A stretch of DNA of 64,000 nucleotides from Mytilus trossulus (Eukaryota): contig NC_086385.1 in the NCBI RefSeq assembly GCF_036588685.1, positions 45,717,216 through 45,781,215 of the forward strand. The letters are read 5' to 3'. Under the pieces are notes generated by a model. The model saw only the letters and a program-made list of their open reading frames with translations. It had not been told where the DNA came from and made no database searches. Each line of letters starts with the position of its first letter. Position 1 is the first letter of the stretch. The position numbers and the translations under genes were made by a program. Shown here one piece after another: positions 37,783 to 51,319 of this stretch.

Positions 37783-39334
37783 TGTTCATCAATAGTAAGG
37801 TTTTCAATATCTTTTCTATATAGAATTGGTAAGATGTAAATGTCCGAGGTTAGCCATGTTTTAATGATAGATTCAAACATAAGTTTGAATTCATTTTTGT
37901 TGACGCCATCTTTTTGCACGTCACGTGCACCAATGTGTATTAACACTCTTTTCGGACGGAAGTTTTCACCATTGTTGTTAATGAACTGTGTGCAAGTATT
38001 TGCACCACCTCATATGTATCTTTTCTTTGTGGTTTCATTTGGAGAAAATTGGCTAGGGTTAATCCTCTTCAATATTGAGTCACTTAGTAAAAGATTATCG
38101 CATTGTGATAATTTATCATCTAAATTATTTTTCAGAGGCATTGTGTTAATCTTTGGAGTCAGTTGCCCATTTTCTTGTTGTTGCATGGGTTTGCTTTTAG
38201 AATTTAAGCTATCTGTGTTTTTGATATCAATGTGTTTCTCAATATTCTCACTAGTATTGGAAATATTGTAGACACTCGATTCTTCATTAGATGTTTTAAT
38301 TAATAGTTGTTGAGAAATTACATCCAATTTAGCCATGATACCTTCCTGATTTTCAGTAAGTTTTTTTAGTTGATTGTCAGTTGTGTTGACTTTGACATGT
38401 ATTGATTCGACACCTTGGTTGCTATGTTTTACTTTGGATTCTAAGGAATTCAATAGCTCTTTAAAGACTTTATTGTTTTTTGTTAATTGACCTCCAAAGT
38501 CTGAGGAGAATTTAGCAGCTACGGCTCTCACTTCTGATACAAGGTTTGTAATAGTTTGTATTGCGGAATCAACGTTTATCAGGGCGGTATTTATACATGA
38601 AAGTTTGACAGCTAGTGTTTCTTGGTGTTCTGCTAATCTTTCTTTAATTTTTTGGAGATGGTATTGGCGTTTAGTTTTCATGAAGAAAAACTCTTTTCTT
38701 TACAGATTGAATTGGTGTTGAAATATTTGTATCATTAGTAGATGCGTTTGCTATTTCTGACATTTCTATAATTGTTGTGTCGTTGGTAGATTCATCTAGA
38801 ACTTTAGGTTTAGTTTCATCGTAGTCAGAGTTTTCAGGACAGTCAAAAATGTCCATGTTTTCTATAACTGTTTTTGTATCATTGTGGATTTGCTTACACT
38901 CATCTTCAGAATTGGCAGCATTTTGGTTAACAATAACTTTAAGGGTTTCAAAGTACTTGGAGGTAAAGACTTTACATTTTGCTCCTTGAATAGTTACTAT
39001 TCCGGATTTGTAAAAAATAAATTTTACGCCAATAGTTTCATCAGGGTTGTTTCCCTTGCATTGGATTTTAATAGTGGCACCATCTTTAAGTTCAGAACAG
39101 TGTTCAAAGTATGAGTAAATGGATTTTTTTCCAAATATTCGCCCGATTTGTTTTAAAAGACACATTGTTCGTCTTCCCATCGCATTGATCATGTATAATG
39201 GGGGTCTCGTCACGGGACTCGTGTTGTTCAATGTTGATGGTTGTGTCATCAATAATGTTGTCTATTTCATCGCCAGTAAAGCAATCGCTTAATTTAGATG
39301 GTGGTTTTATTTGTCTAGACATTTTTTTTATCAC
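37120..39334 (-). pseudogene. LINE ORF1 (coiled coil + SGNH/GDSL esterase-like + N/Q/Y-rich tail), frameshifted
   Basis: Fragments 39104-39334, 38671-39252, 38010-38681, 37281-37946; motifs LLLSDSILK, LIHIGARD, DYVHLN. Confidence 0.82.
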
Positions 39335-41867
39335 ATTGTGATAATCATTTTTATGGTTTAATGCTTCCCAACATCTTTGTATGGTTATTTTATAGGAGCT
39401 TTTGAAAATGCATGGGCGTCGCCATGTTACATTAATTGTAGCTTTTGTAGATTAGCGGAATCACATGTTATCAAATGGCACTTTTCTTCTATCTGTTTCT
39501 GGAAATTAGTTTCTAAAAATAAAAATATATAAAATCAAGTATGAATGGTAGGCTTTCAATGAAAGTAAATAGTGTTGCACTGTATAGTATAATTATTTTA
39601 CATATTTTTTTTCACAAAAAAATGCATTTTTTTCATATTTTAAATTATTTTGAGTTTTAATGCAAAAAATCTAAAAATAAGAACATAGGGGTAAAATGCA
39701 GTGTTTGGCTTTTAACTCAAAAACTATGGCATTTAGAGCAAATCTGACTGGGTAAAATTGTTCAGCAGGTGAAGATCTATCTGCCCTGATATTTTCAGTT
39801 GAATCGGACAACCCGTTGTTGGGTTGCTGCCCCTGAATTGGTAATTTTAAGGAAATTTTGCTGTTTTTGTTTATTATCTTGAATATTATTATAGATAGAG
39901 ATAAACTGTAAACAGCAATAATGTTAAGCAATGTAAGATTTACAAATAAGTCAACGTGACCGAAATGGTCATTTGACCCCTTTAGGAGTGATTGCCCTTT
40001 ATAGTCAATTTTAAACCATTTTTCGTAAATCTTAGTTATCTTTTACAAAAATCTTCTCTGAAACTACTGGGCCAAATTAATCCAAACTTGGCCACAATCA
40101 TCTTTGGTGTATCTAGTTTAAAAAATGTGTCAAATGACCCGGCCATCAAATCAAGATGGCCACTACAGCAAAAAATAGAATATAGGGGTAAAATGCAGTT
40201 TTTGGCTTATAACTCAAAAACCAAATCATTTAGAGCAAATCTGACTGGGTAAAATTGTTCAGCAGGTGAAGATCTATCTGCCCTGAAATTTTCAGTTACA
40301 TCGGACAACCCGTTGTTGGGTTGCTGCCCCTGAATTGGTAATTTTAAGGAAATTTTGCTGTTTTTGTTTATTATCTTGAATATTATTATAGATAGAGATA
40401 AACTGTAAACAGCAATAATGTTCAGCAATGTAAGATTTACAAATAAGTCAACGTGACCGAAATGGTCATTTGACCCTTTAGGAGTGATTGCCCTTTATAG
40501 TCAATTTTAAACCATTTTTCGTAAATCTTAGTTATCTTTTACAAAAATCTTCTCCTCTGAAACTACTGGGCCAAATTAATCCAAACTTGGCCACAATCAT
40601 CTTTGGGGTATCTAGTTTAAAAAATGTGTCCGGTGATCCGGCCATCAAATCAAGATGGGCACTACAGCTAAAAATTGAACATAGGGGTAAAATGCAGTTT
40701 TTGGCTTATAACTCAAAAACCAAATCATTTAGAGCAAATCTGACATGGGATAAAATTGTTTATCAGGTCAAGATCTATCTGCCCTCAAATTTTTAGATGA
40801 ATCAGACAACCTATTGTTGGGTTCCTGTCCCTGAATCGGTAATTTTAAGGAATTTTTGCTGTTTTTGGTTATTATTTTGAATATATTATAGATAGAGATA
40901 AACTGTAAACAGCAATAATGTTCAGTCAGCAAAGTAAGATTTATAAATAAGTCAACATGATCCAATGGTCAATTTGACCCCCTAAGGAGTTATTGTCCTT
41001 TCCCAGACAACATGAGTATGTTGGCCCAACATTGGCACAACGTATATCATTGCATTGGCCCATCGTTGTATTTTAACGTTGGCCCAACGTGTAAGTGCAA
41101 AGTGGGCCTACGTTGTCCCAACATGATGGCTTCATGTTGGCCCAACGTTGTACGGTTATATGCAATACATAGAGCCAACGTCGGCCCATTGTATGAAAAA
41201 CGAAATCCATGTTGGCACAACGTTGGACCAACGTAGAAATATCTTTTCTTATGTTGGCACTATGTTGGTCCAAGGTAGGTACATGGATTTCTCATTTTTA
41301 AGTTGGCAATACGTTGGTCTATTGTTTCAACCAAATTACAATGGATGCTGAATGAGGAGCTGTATATGATAAATACGCCGGAGCGCATTTGATCTTTTTT
41401 TGTATTCCAAACTGCCAAAGTTTAAGGTAGCAATTCTGTATTTTTGTATTACCCATTGTTGTTACTGTCCTTGTTTTTTTCATGAACTTTGCCTCTTTAA
41501 TTGTATTTATTGTGTGACGCTAAGATATTTCTTTGGCAATGTTTGATGGATCGACCAGATAACTATGTGTCATTTGGTGTCTTGTAAAGAGTTGTCTCAT
41601 TAGCAATCATACCACATCTTCTTTTTTCGTATCAATTTCATTTATTTCTTTAACAGAACAAATGACGTATGGCTTATGGTTAGGCGATCATACAAATATT
41701 TTTTTCGGAGATATAATTTTAGTTGTATTGGTTCCAGATCCAGAATGAAAATTAAATAATTCAGAAGATGAAACTTTATTTATTTTAAATTTGATATCAT
41801 TGGTCGTCACCACAAGTATTGTCCTCCTCAATTTGAACTTCAACAGTGTCATTATTATTTATATATG

Positions 41868-41998
41868 TTATTCTTTTTTTTCCCTTCTCTGTTTCTTGCC
41901 ACCTTCTCTGTCAAGGCTTAAGCACCGCCAATCTTTAGCTGCATCATCTATCTCCTTATCAGAAGACTCTTTACAGCTATGTTTTTTTTTAACCGACT
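41868..41998 (-). pseudogene. Terminal exon remnant of an EnSpm accessory (DUF4806-like) gene
   Basis: After an AG acceptor reads ESVKKKHSCKESSDKEIDDAAKDWRCLSLDREGGKKQRREKKE*, matching the W..(A)xDRxGG end motif of that family (from memory). Confidence 0.55.
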
Positions 41999-43530
41999 CT
42001 GTAATAAAGTTATAAGTAAACTTGAATTGCGTATTTGTCTAATGCATGCGTGCGTAATCTCCCTTCTAGATATGTAATATAAATTAATGTATATTCTTAA
42101 TAGTTTAAACACTTTATGTAATACAAAATAAAATCTTAAATAACATTTTTTTTTATATTGGTTATTTGTCTAATGGTCAGAAATTTGTTAGTATTAGACG
42201 GATTTTTGGGTATAACAAACCCTTATTACTATTATTCACAGAATTCGGTATCATACTTTATATATTCGTAATATACATGATATATAAAGAATAATTTGAT
42301 GTGTATTAATGAACAGTTATATATTTGATATATAAAAACACTGTTACACATTCAAGTGTGTATATGATCAGGTTTCACAAATATATCGTATCTGTTTGCA
42401 TGCGATTTAGAAATACAATAAAACTAACAAATTCATTTATATTTTAATGAAGTAGAAATCATTATACCACATTTTTGAAAAAATACGGAATAAGGTACAT
42501 CTTAAGACAATTTTATTCAATCAACTTCAGTAATGATCATACATGTTGTGGTTATACATTTATATATATATAATTTACCATTTGTTTGAAGATACTAATG
42601 TTCAGTAGCAAATATTTCATGATAAGTAATAGGATTGAAATGATTTAGAATTTAGAAAATATGTCGCACGAAACGTATAAACTTCAAGATCAGCATTATA
42701 AAAAGATAGGAATTAATATATGTTTTGATTTTTAACAACACCCCTCAGTTTAAAAAATCATAGTGTATTTCTCATTCTGAATCGTATATATATATATCAG
42801 ATTTTTTAAAGTTACAACTTGCATGTTACTATCTTTCTCTTTGAATCTCAGATGACATGATTTTCTCTTTTTGTTTTCTTCATATCACTGCTTTCTTACA
42901 AATACACAACAGGAAATAATCACAAAAGTGACCATCCCATTACATTCAGATTTCCTATAAACTTAATTACCATAGCAACTATCTTTGAAATTTGTCGAAC
43001 ATATGGTCAACCTTATCAGAATGGGCTTGATTAACAGACTGGCTGTATCAAATATCACTCTGCATATAATTGCTATTATTCTGTTTCACAAAGTTTAATG
43101 AATAAAGTTATTATAAATAATGATTGCAATAAATTTAAATTTTTAACCAGGCAATCAATGTTTACGATATACTTTTTTTTTATTACAGTAATGATATTCC
43201 AGTATAAATTTTAACTGACTTATATATAGAGTATAATATATGATCACGCAACGTTGGGCCAGCATTGGCCCAACATAGAGTTGTAAATGTAATTTTAGTT
43301 GATAAACACTTTCGGTATAACATTAACTTTTCATAAAGCCTGCTGCAATCGTAATTAACCGCCTCCCAAGAGAAATAAAGCGTAAAATATTATATAATCA
43401 ATTCTAGTAACAAAATTTCATATCGGCCCTATGTTGCTACTTACATAATGCCAACATTTGCCCGATTATTTATAACCAACATGAGATAATAATATGAATT
43501 TACAACAACAGACCAACATTGGGTTAATGA

Positions 43531-43800
43531 TGTGCAGCCGACACCAACGTGCGACCAATGTACCGACAATTTGCCAACGTTGGGCCAATGTTGTGCAGCC
43601 AACATAAACTTGCGACCAACGGACCGACAATTTGCCAACGTTGGGCCAATGTTGTGCAGCCAACATAAACTTGCTACAAACGGACCGACAATTTGCCAAC
43701 GTTGGGCCAATGTTGTGCAGCCAACATAAACTTGCGACCAACGGACCGACAATTTGCCAACGTTGGGCCAATGTTGTGAAGCCAACACCAACGGTCGACC
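43531..43800. repeat. 61-bp tandem repeat (~4.5 copies) in the CACTA subterminal region
   Basis: gacaatttgccaacgttgggccaatgttgtgcagccaacataaacttgcgaccaacggacc repeated. Confidence 0.92.
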
Positions 43801-45589
43801 AACGGGCCGACCATTTGTCAACGCTGGCCCACTGTTAGTCTGCTGACTGGGTTATTGTCAATTTTTAACAATTTTCATACAATTTGTAAATTTTTATTAA
43901 CATTTTCCACTGAAACTACTGGGCCAAGTTCATTATAGATAAAGATAATTGTAAGCAGCAAGACTGTTTAGTAAAGAAAGATGTACAAACACATCACTAT
44001 CACCAAAACACAATTTTGTCATGAATCCATCTGCTTCCTTTGTTTAATATTCACATAGACCAAGGTGAGCGACACAGGCTCGTTAGAGCCTCTAGTTTAG
44101 TGTCTAGATTTGCACTCTAGTTACCTTCCATGAAAATGACGTCCTAGACGTAAACAAAAAAGATGGCAGCGTTCACGTTACACTGACAGCCCATCGAGAG
44201 ACGAGGACATACAGTTGGAAAGCAGGTCACGGTTAGACCCCAAATTTATCAGCAACAATAGAGGTCAGGTGACCGTGAAAATTTAGTAAACCTACGGATG
44301 AGACAAACCTCTGTTTTACTCATTAAATACCACTGTCGTGATAAAAACTTATTGATTAAAATAATCTTGAATATACATAGATTAACTCGTCAAACTTTAC
44401 ACACCATTTCAAAGTCCTGAATAAGGCTTTGGAAATGAATAGAGTGCCAGCAGCCGATGTTATCTCCAATAAACGGTCCTTTTCAGGGCCATTAATATTT
44501 TATAAAAATATTCTACCTTTGTTGTACATCCGAGAAATTCTAGAACACACACATGACAAATGTATTTTCCTGAGCTATATTCAAACGTCAGCTTGTGTTT
44601 GTAAATAAAGGCAACAGTAGTATACCTGTATACCGCTGTTCAAAACTCATAAATCCATGGACAAAAAACCAAAAAATCGGGGTAACAAAATTAAACCGAG
44701 CGAAACGCATTAAATATAAGAGGAGAACAACGACACAACACTTAAATGTAATAGTCACACAGAAACGGACCAAGCATCAGACAAAATCCCACGAGAATAA
44801 AAAATATAACACCAAAACCAAATACATGAATTTGGGATAGACAAGTACCGTGACACGTCTTATCGCAATGTGAATTTACACTAAAAAAATAAGAGAAAAC
44901 AAACGACGCAACGTTGAAATGTAACACACACAGAAACGAACAATAATATAACAATGGCCATGCATATTCCTTACTTGGTACAGGACATTTTGAAAGGAAT
45001 AAATAATGGGTTGTACCTGGTTTTGTGGCTTGCCAAACCTCGCACTTTAATGGCAATGTTAAATATAACATTGTAAAAAATATATGCGCCCTCATTGAAA
45101 TAACCTTCTCATGTTGAAAATTTTGGATATTCACCTTTTCATCGGGCCTAAATGTATATTTTCACTTTATGCTCGAATTATTTCAAGATTTTGAAAACTT
45201 GTTTGTAACTGTAAATCTATAATCATGAATATCACCATTGAAGTATATTGTACCTTTTTATTTAATGATTAGTACTTCCAATTTGAACCCATGGAAAAGC
45301 ATAGTAATCGAAATAAAGAACATTCAATCATCTGTTTTGTCTTTGGTGGATAGTTGACCCATTGGTTATCATGTACAACTATCATTTATATAATACATAC
45401 ACGTATGAGCTACTTGTCAATGTATTTTATCAGTTTAACATTTGAAGTTAGATTATTTTTTCATTACTGATTAATGTTTTAACTTATTAAGATACACAAG
45501 TTAGGCTTGAAAAAATGTAATATTTTCTTGCAATTAGTATAACAAGTTAATAAACTCATTAAATATACCAGGACTAAATTTGTATATAT

Positions 45590-45633
45590 ACGCCAGACGC
45601 GCGTTTCGTCTACAAAAGACTCATCAGTGACGT
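45590..45633 (-). ncRNA. Minimal type I hammerhead ribozyme (retrozyme/Penelope-type)
   Basis: Minus strand ACGUCA-CUGAUGA-GUC(UUUUGUA)GAC-GAAA-C(GCGC)G-UC/UGGCGU: full core, 6-bp stem I, 3-bp stem II, palindromic loop III, GUC cleavage triplet. Confidence 0.85.
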
Positions 45634-45807
45634 TCGAATCCAAATAGTTAAAAAGGCCAAAATATAAGTACAAATTCATATTATGTGTTCATATATTAGA
45701 AGTAAGGAAACTAATTATTTATGGTATTGAAATGTTTAAAAAATGGACTGCAGTATAAATCATAAAAAATCTGGTTTGATGATTTAACTTCACATTTTTT
45801 TGTTTTG

Positions 45808-46370
45808 TGAAACTAATCAAATGTTCGTATTTATTTTTGATGCGGTTAAACCTCAGTCGTAAATGCATCAGCTATTTGTCAAACCAATTAAACTCTATTT
45901 ATTCAATGTGGTATTTCCACTGAGGTCAGTTATAGATGCAATAAATCCAATCATTTTGACATTTCCACCTAATTAACATTGAAAGGTTTGCATACATGAA
46001 ACATTTGAAGAAATTCCATAGCAGCGTCTTTCAAGAGGGAACGACAAATCAGTTTTTAATTAATGTATACTCAGTCAAAGTGATACTATCTGAAGTGTTA
46101 CTACATTTATCTGATAAAACATTATTTATTGTCTTTTCAAATTGAAATTTCTTAATAATTTAAGTTATAAAAGGGATAAATAGCAGTGGCAAATACTAGT
46201 AGAGGAGTGAAGAATTTATTGGAAAAGCAAGGTGAGCGGGACCTTAATATTTTTTTGTAAACTTTAATGTACAAGAAGATGATATATATCCAAATATTTC
46301 TATAGGTCTGTTTTTTGTTCATTATTATATGACAAGGTATATATTTTCGATAAACAAAATATATGAAAAG
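45808..46370 (-). repeat. Inverted copy of 7558-8129
   Basis: Reverse-complement match with scattered substitutions and indels. Confidence 0.85.
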
Positions 46371-47329
46371 GGTGGGGTACTTGATGTCTCAGCTGCTTGC
46401 CCCTACCCAAAAAAGTTTGAAGTTGCCCCCCCCCCCCCCCCGGGTTAGGATTATATCCTAATGGTATGTTTAGGGTTATTCTAGTCATTTTAAATCCAAC
46501 ATTATAGCTGTTAAATGATTTAATTTTAAGGAATACAATAAGAGGGTGAAGACATTAAATAATTTTGTGTAGAGTATTATTGTGCAGAGTACATTGCTGA
46601 TGAAAACATGCACGCAGCACGTGAGGGTATTGAAGAAGCTGGAAATTACCCTAAATGTCATTGTTGTGCTGTTATATAATCTAACAGTTTTCCGTCATAT
46701 TCCTTTAGATTGTTACTTCTTTCGTCCCATATATGAATCACATGTTTCCCTACATAGTTTGTTGGTTCGTTAACATCATTTTGCACTTAATGATCAAGTA
46801 TGGACGTGTCCATTATACATGTGATATTGTTGTTGTTATCACTTTCAATACTAATGGCCCCAATCCAGTCATGTCTCAGTGAGTTCCTATATAATTTACC
46901 AAAATTTTCAATCAAAAAGGAGGGTGCCAAGGCCCACTCTTGATTCTCCTATGGTTGTTGATAATCCAGTTGTGAATTTGTTTTTCACCTTGACCTTTGA
47001 CACAGGAAGTTGTACATACAACGTTCATTATGGCGCACTCTCTGATGTTGGTTAACATACATTAAACTTTGAAATTATAACATTTCTACAGATAAAGAGC
47101 AGACACAATTTATTACAAACAGACAAACTGATCACTATAGGGTGTCCCCAATTTGGCGGGGCCCTTTTTACATCTCTAAGAAAGTCATACATTGACTTTG
47201 TTACAATACAGTTATTTCAAAGTAGAATGCTGATATCACTTTGTTTTGTTTCAATTTATAATTTTCAATATCCCTAATACATGTAGGTATCTTTTGTCTC
47301 TATTTAAACTAACAGGGCTTATTAAAATT

Positions 47330-48361
47330 ACCTAATGTAAATTTTGTGTGTCTGTAAACAGTTTTATACCATACTTATGGCGTCCTCTCTTGATTGTTGC
47401 ATCCCGCAGTAAGGTTTAATTGTTACTGTTCGACATAGTTTCTTTTATAAACTGTAGTTCCGACAAAATACCAGCTTCTTGCCATTGTACTAATTGATGA
47501 TTGAGCTGGTAAAGCAGTTATGTCCTCTCCAGTAAAAATTCTGATAATGTCCTTAATTAGTGGTGAAATGTGATCTCATGAAACATTGAACTGCAGACAG
47601 CTGACCTGTAAACATATTTCATGCACAAAACTATTGTGGGAATTGAAACATGATATTTGTGAATAATTTGTGAAATTATCTTTGCAAGAGTAGGGGTTTC
47701 CTCATCCGTCTTCTTTCAATTCAAATTTAAATGTTGGAGCATGGGCTTCATCTTGTTGTTGTAAGGTTTTTGTCTGCCTAAATGATATTTCTTCTCTCAA
47801 CTTTACACTGTTTGCATTTAGTAGATTGCATTGGTTACTCTTTTCTAAGACCAATTTTTCGGTACACTTTTTTGACAGCTTTTGGTTGTCTGTTTCAGTT
47901 TTGAGATTGAGATGCTGTTGAAGTCCCAAGCTTTCTTTTTAGTTAATATTCTGTCTTTCTTTCGTTTTATTTGCCTGTATTAGTTTTGAAAGGTTTGACG
48001 ATGCTATAAATAGTTTTCTTTTTACAGTTGTCAGTTCTTTAGTCTTGGTTTCTTTAACGTAAAGTGCGCATATGGTTGAATTGTTGAGAGCGGGTAATTG
48101 GAAAGTTTCTTGTAGAAAAGCTGAAATTCTAGAAGTATTTTTGCTGGATTTAATTCTATTATAATCTCTTAGTAATGATTTTATCCTGTTTATCAAGCTA
48201 GTTAAATTTATATGGTTGGTTGGTGATAATACCGATATCCAGTTGTGAAAAATTCTTTGACTTCCAGATTTATAGTAAAATCTACTATTGTTGAAGAGAT
48301 CAAAAGCAATTAGATTTGTAAGTTTTTCAACCTTTAATGGGAGTGGTAACATATGTGCCAT
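47330..48361 (-). pseudogene. Decayed DDE transposase (N-terminal half), family unassigned
   Basis: ORFs 47939-48361 and 47702-47929 continue through stops and frameshifts into LPAQSSISTMAR...TLLRDATIKRGRHKYG...FTLG, which resembles a first catalytic Asp strand. Confidence 0.55.
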
Positions 48362-50069
48362 GTTAATTAATATTACCTAATACATGTACTAAGCTGTAGC
48401 TGCAGGATTAGCACTTAAAGCAAATAAAAATCTGTTCAGACACTATATCACATGCACATAAACATTAACAGAATATATATATACATGAAAAGTGCAAAAT
48501 ACATGTATAGACTTAAAATAAATACAGTAAATTTAAACCTGACAGTTTATTTGATAAATGCCTTAATATTATTGCATAAAGATAGACATAAATTACTCAT
48601 TATTTTCTTCATGATTAAGTCTTATATAAGTTTATATTGAAAACAATGTTTGATGCTTCATATTAAAGACAAGGGAGATAAAACAAATCTTAATTTAATT
48701 CTTTAATTTTTTTGTTGTACATATATTTTCAAGCATACGTTTAACAGTAAAGCCACATTAAGCACATGCATTACAGAAAAACAAAAGCACACTGACTTCA
48801 CAAATAGTACAAATTGTAAGCATAATATGATTAGAATTTCAAAACATATGTTGAAAAAAATAGTAAACCGGAAGTATAACAAAATTAATGTTGCATTGCT
48901 AAGTTCCTGTCCTTTTGTAGATATGAAAACACTACTAACATTTTTTTCTACCATCTATTAATGGAGGGAAAATTTGAACCAACAATGTAGTTCAAATGAA
49001 GTTCACTTATACACTTTCAATTGATAAAAACAGCTTAACTTTAAATGAAACAACATAACGTGAAATTTTGCCCATTTTCAGCGTGTATTGTAGTTTTTTT
49101 TTTTTTTTATCAAAACGGCAACGCCTATGCATGATGTTTGATATTCATTGTGAAACCCTACATTATCTTCTTCAGTTCAAAGATGTATTACTTATGTTAA
49201 GTTTATCTTCTTGTCTTTACAAGCCTATAACATAAACCCATTATGAAATGTATATCTGATCTTGGCTAGGCCGTATAGGTCAACTATACTTAATGTATTG
49301 AGTGATTGTCAGGTCTAACTGTTTTTTCTTTAGTATGTTTAGGTTTATATGACCATGACATAATTTTCTTGGATCATCTTAAGTTTATGTGATAGTTATA
49401 GTAAAGCTTTATGTTTAGGGCTATCAACATGATCAACATAATATCGATGGTTTGTAAAGAAGAACTTGAAAGACATTTCAGCATGTGCATTCCTGTCATT
49501 CGTGTTATTGGAATAGTTTTATGCTTATACATATCTATTTTCTATTTCAGCTTATTAATGAACGAATGTTTTGGATGTTTGGTTTGTGTGTACATAGTAG
49601 TAACAGTACTTATGCCAGTGAACTGCGTATGTGCATTTCCCAATATTCAAGGTTAGTGAGGTATAGCATATTTTGAAATAGAAGTATCAAGATATGTCCA
49701 TTAAATTAAAACTTTTGATATTATACGTCTATTGATTAGCCCTGTGGATGCATATTAGAGTCATGGTTAAATATAATGTTTACGGACAATCTTGCGTGTT
49801 AATTTTTGGATACAGGTGTGATACACATGAAAACTGCAAACATGTACTATAACCAATGGATAAAGGTGCATTGCCTGTCATTTGTTAACTCTTGATAACT
49901 CTTCAACAAGCAAAAGCTTGAACATACGTATCTTTCCTCGTTTGAATTTCGTTTTGTCGTGTGTTTTTCTATGTTGTGATGTTATACTATTGTTTCATCC
50001 CGCTGTTAATGTTTTCACCTGTCCTAAGTCAGTAATCTGATGTACATTAATTGTCGTTTATTTATTTAA

Positions 50070-50285
50070 TTTATAAAAGAGGGACGAAAGACACCAAATG
50101 GACAGTCAAACTCGTAAATCTAAAACAAACTGACAACGCCATGGCTAAAAATGAAAAAGACAAACAGAAAAACAATAGTACACATGACACAACATAGAAA
50201 ACTAAAGAATAAACAACACGAACCCCACCAAAAACTAGGGGTGATCTCAGGTGCTCCAAAAGGGTAAGCAGATCCTGCTCCACAT
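50070..50285 (-). mobile_element. SINE-like repeat with Nin-like core
   Basis: Minus strand GGAGCAGGATCTGCTTACCCTT..GGAGCACCTGAGATCACCCC resembles the conserved core of molluscan SINEs (recalled). Confidence 0.55.
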
Positions 50286-51319
50286 AACGTGTTTCTTGTT
50301 TCTTACATATATTAGACCTTTGGTTTTCCTGTTTGAATGGTTTTACTCTTGTAATTTTGTGGCCCTTTATAGCTTGTGGTTCAGTGTGAGCCAAGGCTCC
50401 GTGTTGAGGGCCGTGCATTGACTTATTATGGTTTACTTTTATAAAATGTTAGATTTGTCTCATTGGCACTCATACCACATCTTCCTATATCTATTTGCTC
50501 ATCGTTGAAGGCCGTATGGTGACATATTTGTTCTCGTTTGAATTGTTTTACATCGTCATTCGGTGCCTTTTATAGCTGACTATGCGGTAAGGACTTTGCT
50601 CATTGTTGAAGGCCGTAGTGTGACTTATAGCTGTTAATTTCTGTGTCATCTAGTCTTTTTTGGAGAGTTCCTAATGGTAACTCATGCCAAATCGTCTTTT
50701 TTATTTTGTGTATTAAGTTTTGTAGCATTTGGTTGAGGCAACTTAAGTTAAGAGAATGGAACCTTTTTTTTACGTTCGGGACGAACGGACTAGAGTTACT
50801 ATTTATGCCCTCTTTATGGTAGCAACACAGAAGTTCGTACTGAAAGTCAATATTATATAGTAATGTATAGTAATATTCTCCAAGTTCAACGGGAACATTA
50901 GAAGAATCTAGAATAGAACCCAGATGGAACCAAGAAGTCGGGTTGCTATAACCAAAGAACCCGGATGTTGAACCAGCTACCATTGTTTCGAACCAAAGAA
51001 CCCGGAAAAAACCAAGGTTCAGAACCAAACAACCCATATGAAACCAACGTTTAGAACCAGAGTGCCCGGATAGAACATATTTGCATTCGGAATTCTCTTG
51101 ACTTTTTATACCTTCAACGTATTTTACAAATCATTATTTATATAGTATACAAGATTGATCGATTATACCTCTTTATTCTCATAACCATTGCAGATACATA
51201 GGTACAGAGATAGTGCACAATTTGTACATGAATGTGCATCTATTTACAAAAATACATATATACATATATAAAATACAGTGGTTTCAAAATAAGATACATT
51301 TTAGCCAGGAGGACCCACA

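Larger units (their letters stand above)
32850..39428 (-). mobile_element. Full-length (~6.6 kb) inactive non-LTR retrotransposon, RTE-X/CR1-group-like
   Basis: 5' AACATGGCG start, ORF1 with coiled-coil and SGNH esterase motifs, APE-RT ORF2, microsatellite 3' tail; multiple frameshifts. Confidence 0.92.
41002..43851. mobile_element. Non-autonomous CACTA/EnSpm-type element (CCCAG...CTGGG, 2-bp TT TSD)
   Basis: Termini CCCAG/CTGGG split the host gtccttt|attgtcaa with TT duplicated; many CCAACGTTGG subterminal palindromes; DUF4806-like exon remnant inside. Confidence 0.82.
39670..44097 (+). mobile_element. HINE/Helentron-type non-autonomous element with ~500-bp internal tandem units, interrupted by 41002-43851
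   Basis: Units start at ~39674, ~40172, ~40670. 3' end AGGTGAGC plus hairpin AGGCTC-GTTA-GAGCCT at ~44063-44091. Same family at 56946 and 62791. Confidence 0.8.

Noticed and set aside
39671-43838. Numerous 60-126-aa ORFs in HINE and CACTA repeats
   Set aside because: They arise from non-coding tandem or palindromic repeats and show no protein motifs.
50860-51075. GAACC-rich short repeat cluster / ORF 50600-51037
   Set aside because: Degenerate minisatellite-like sequence; no convincing coding signal or element ends.
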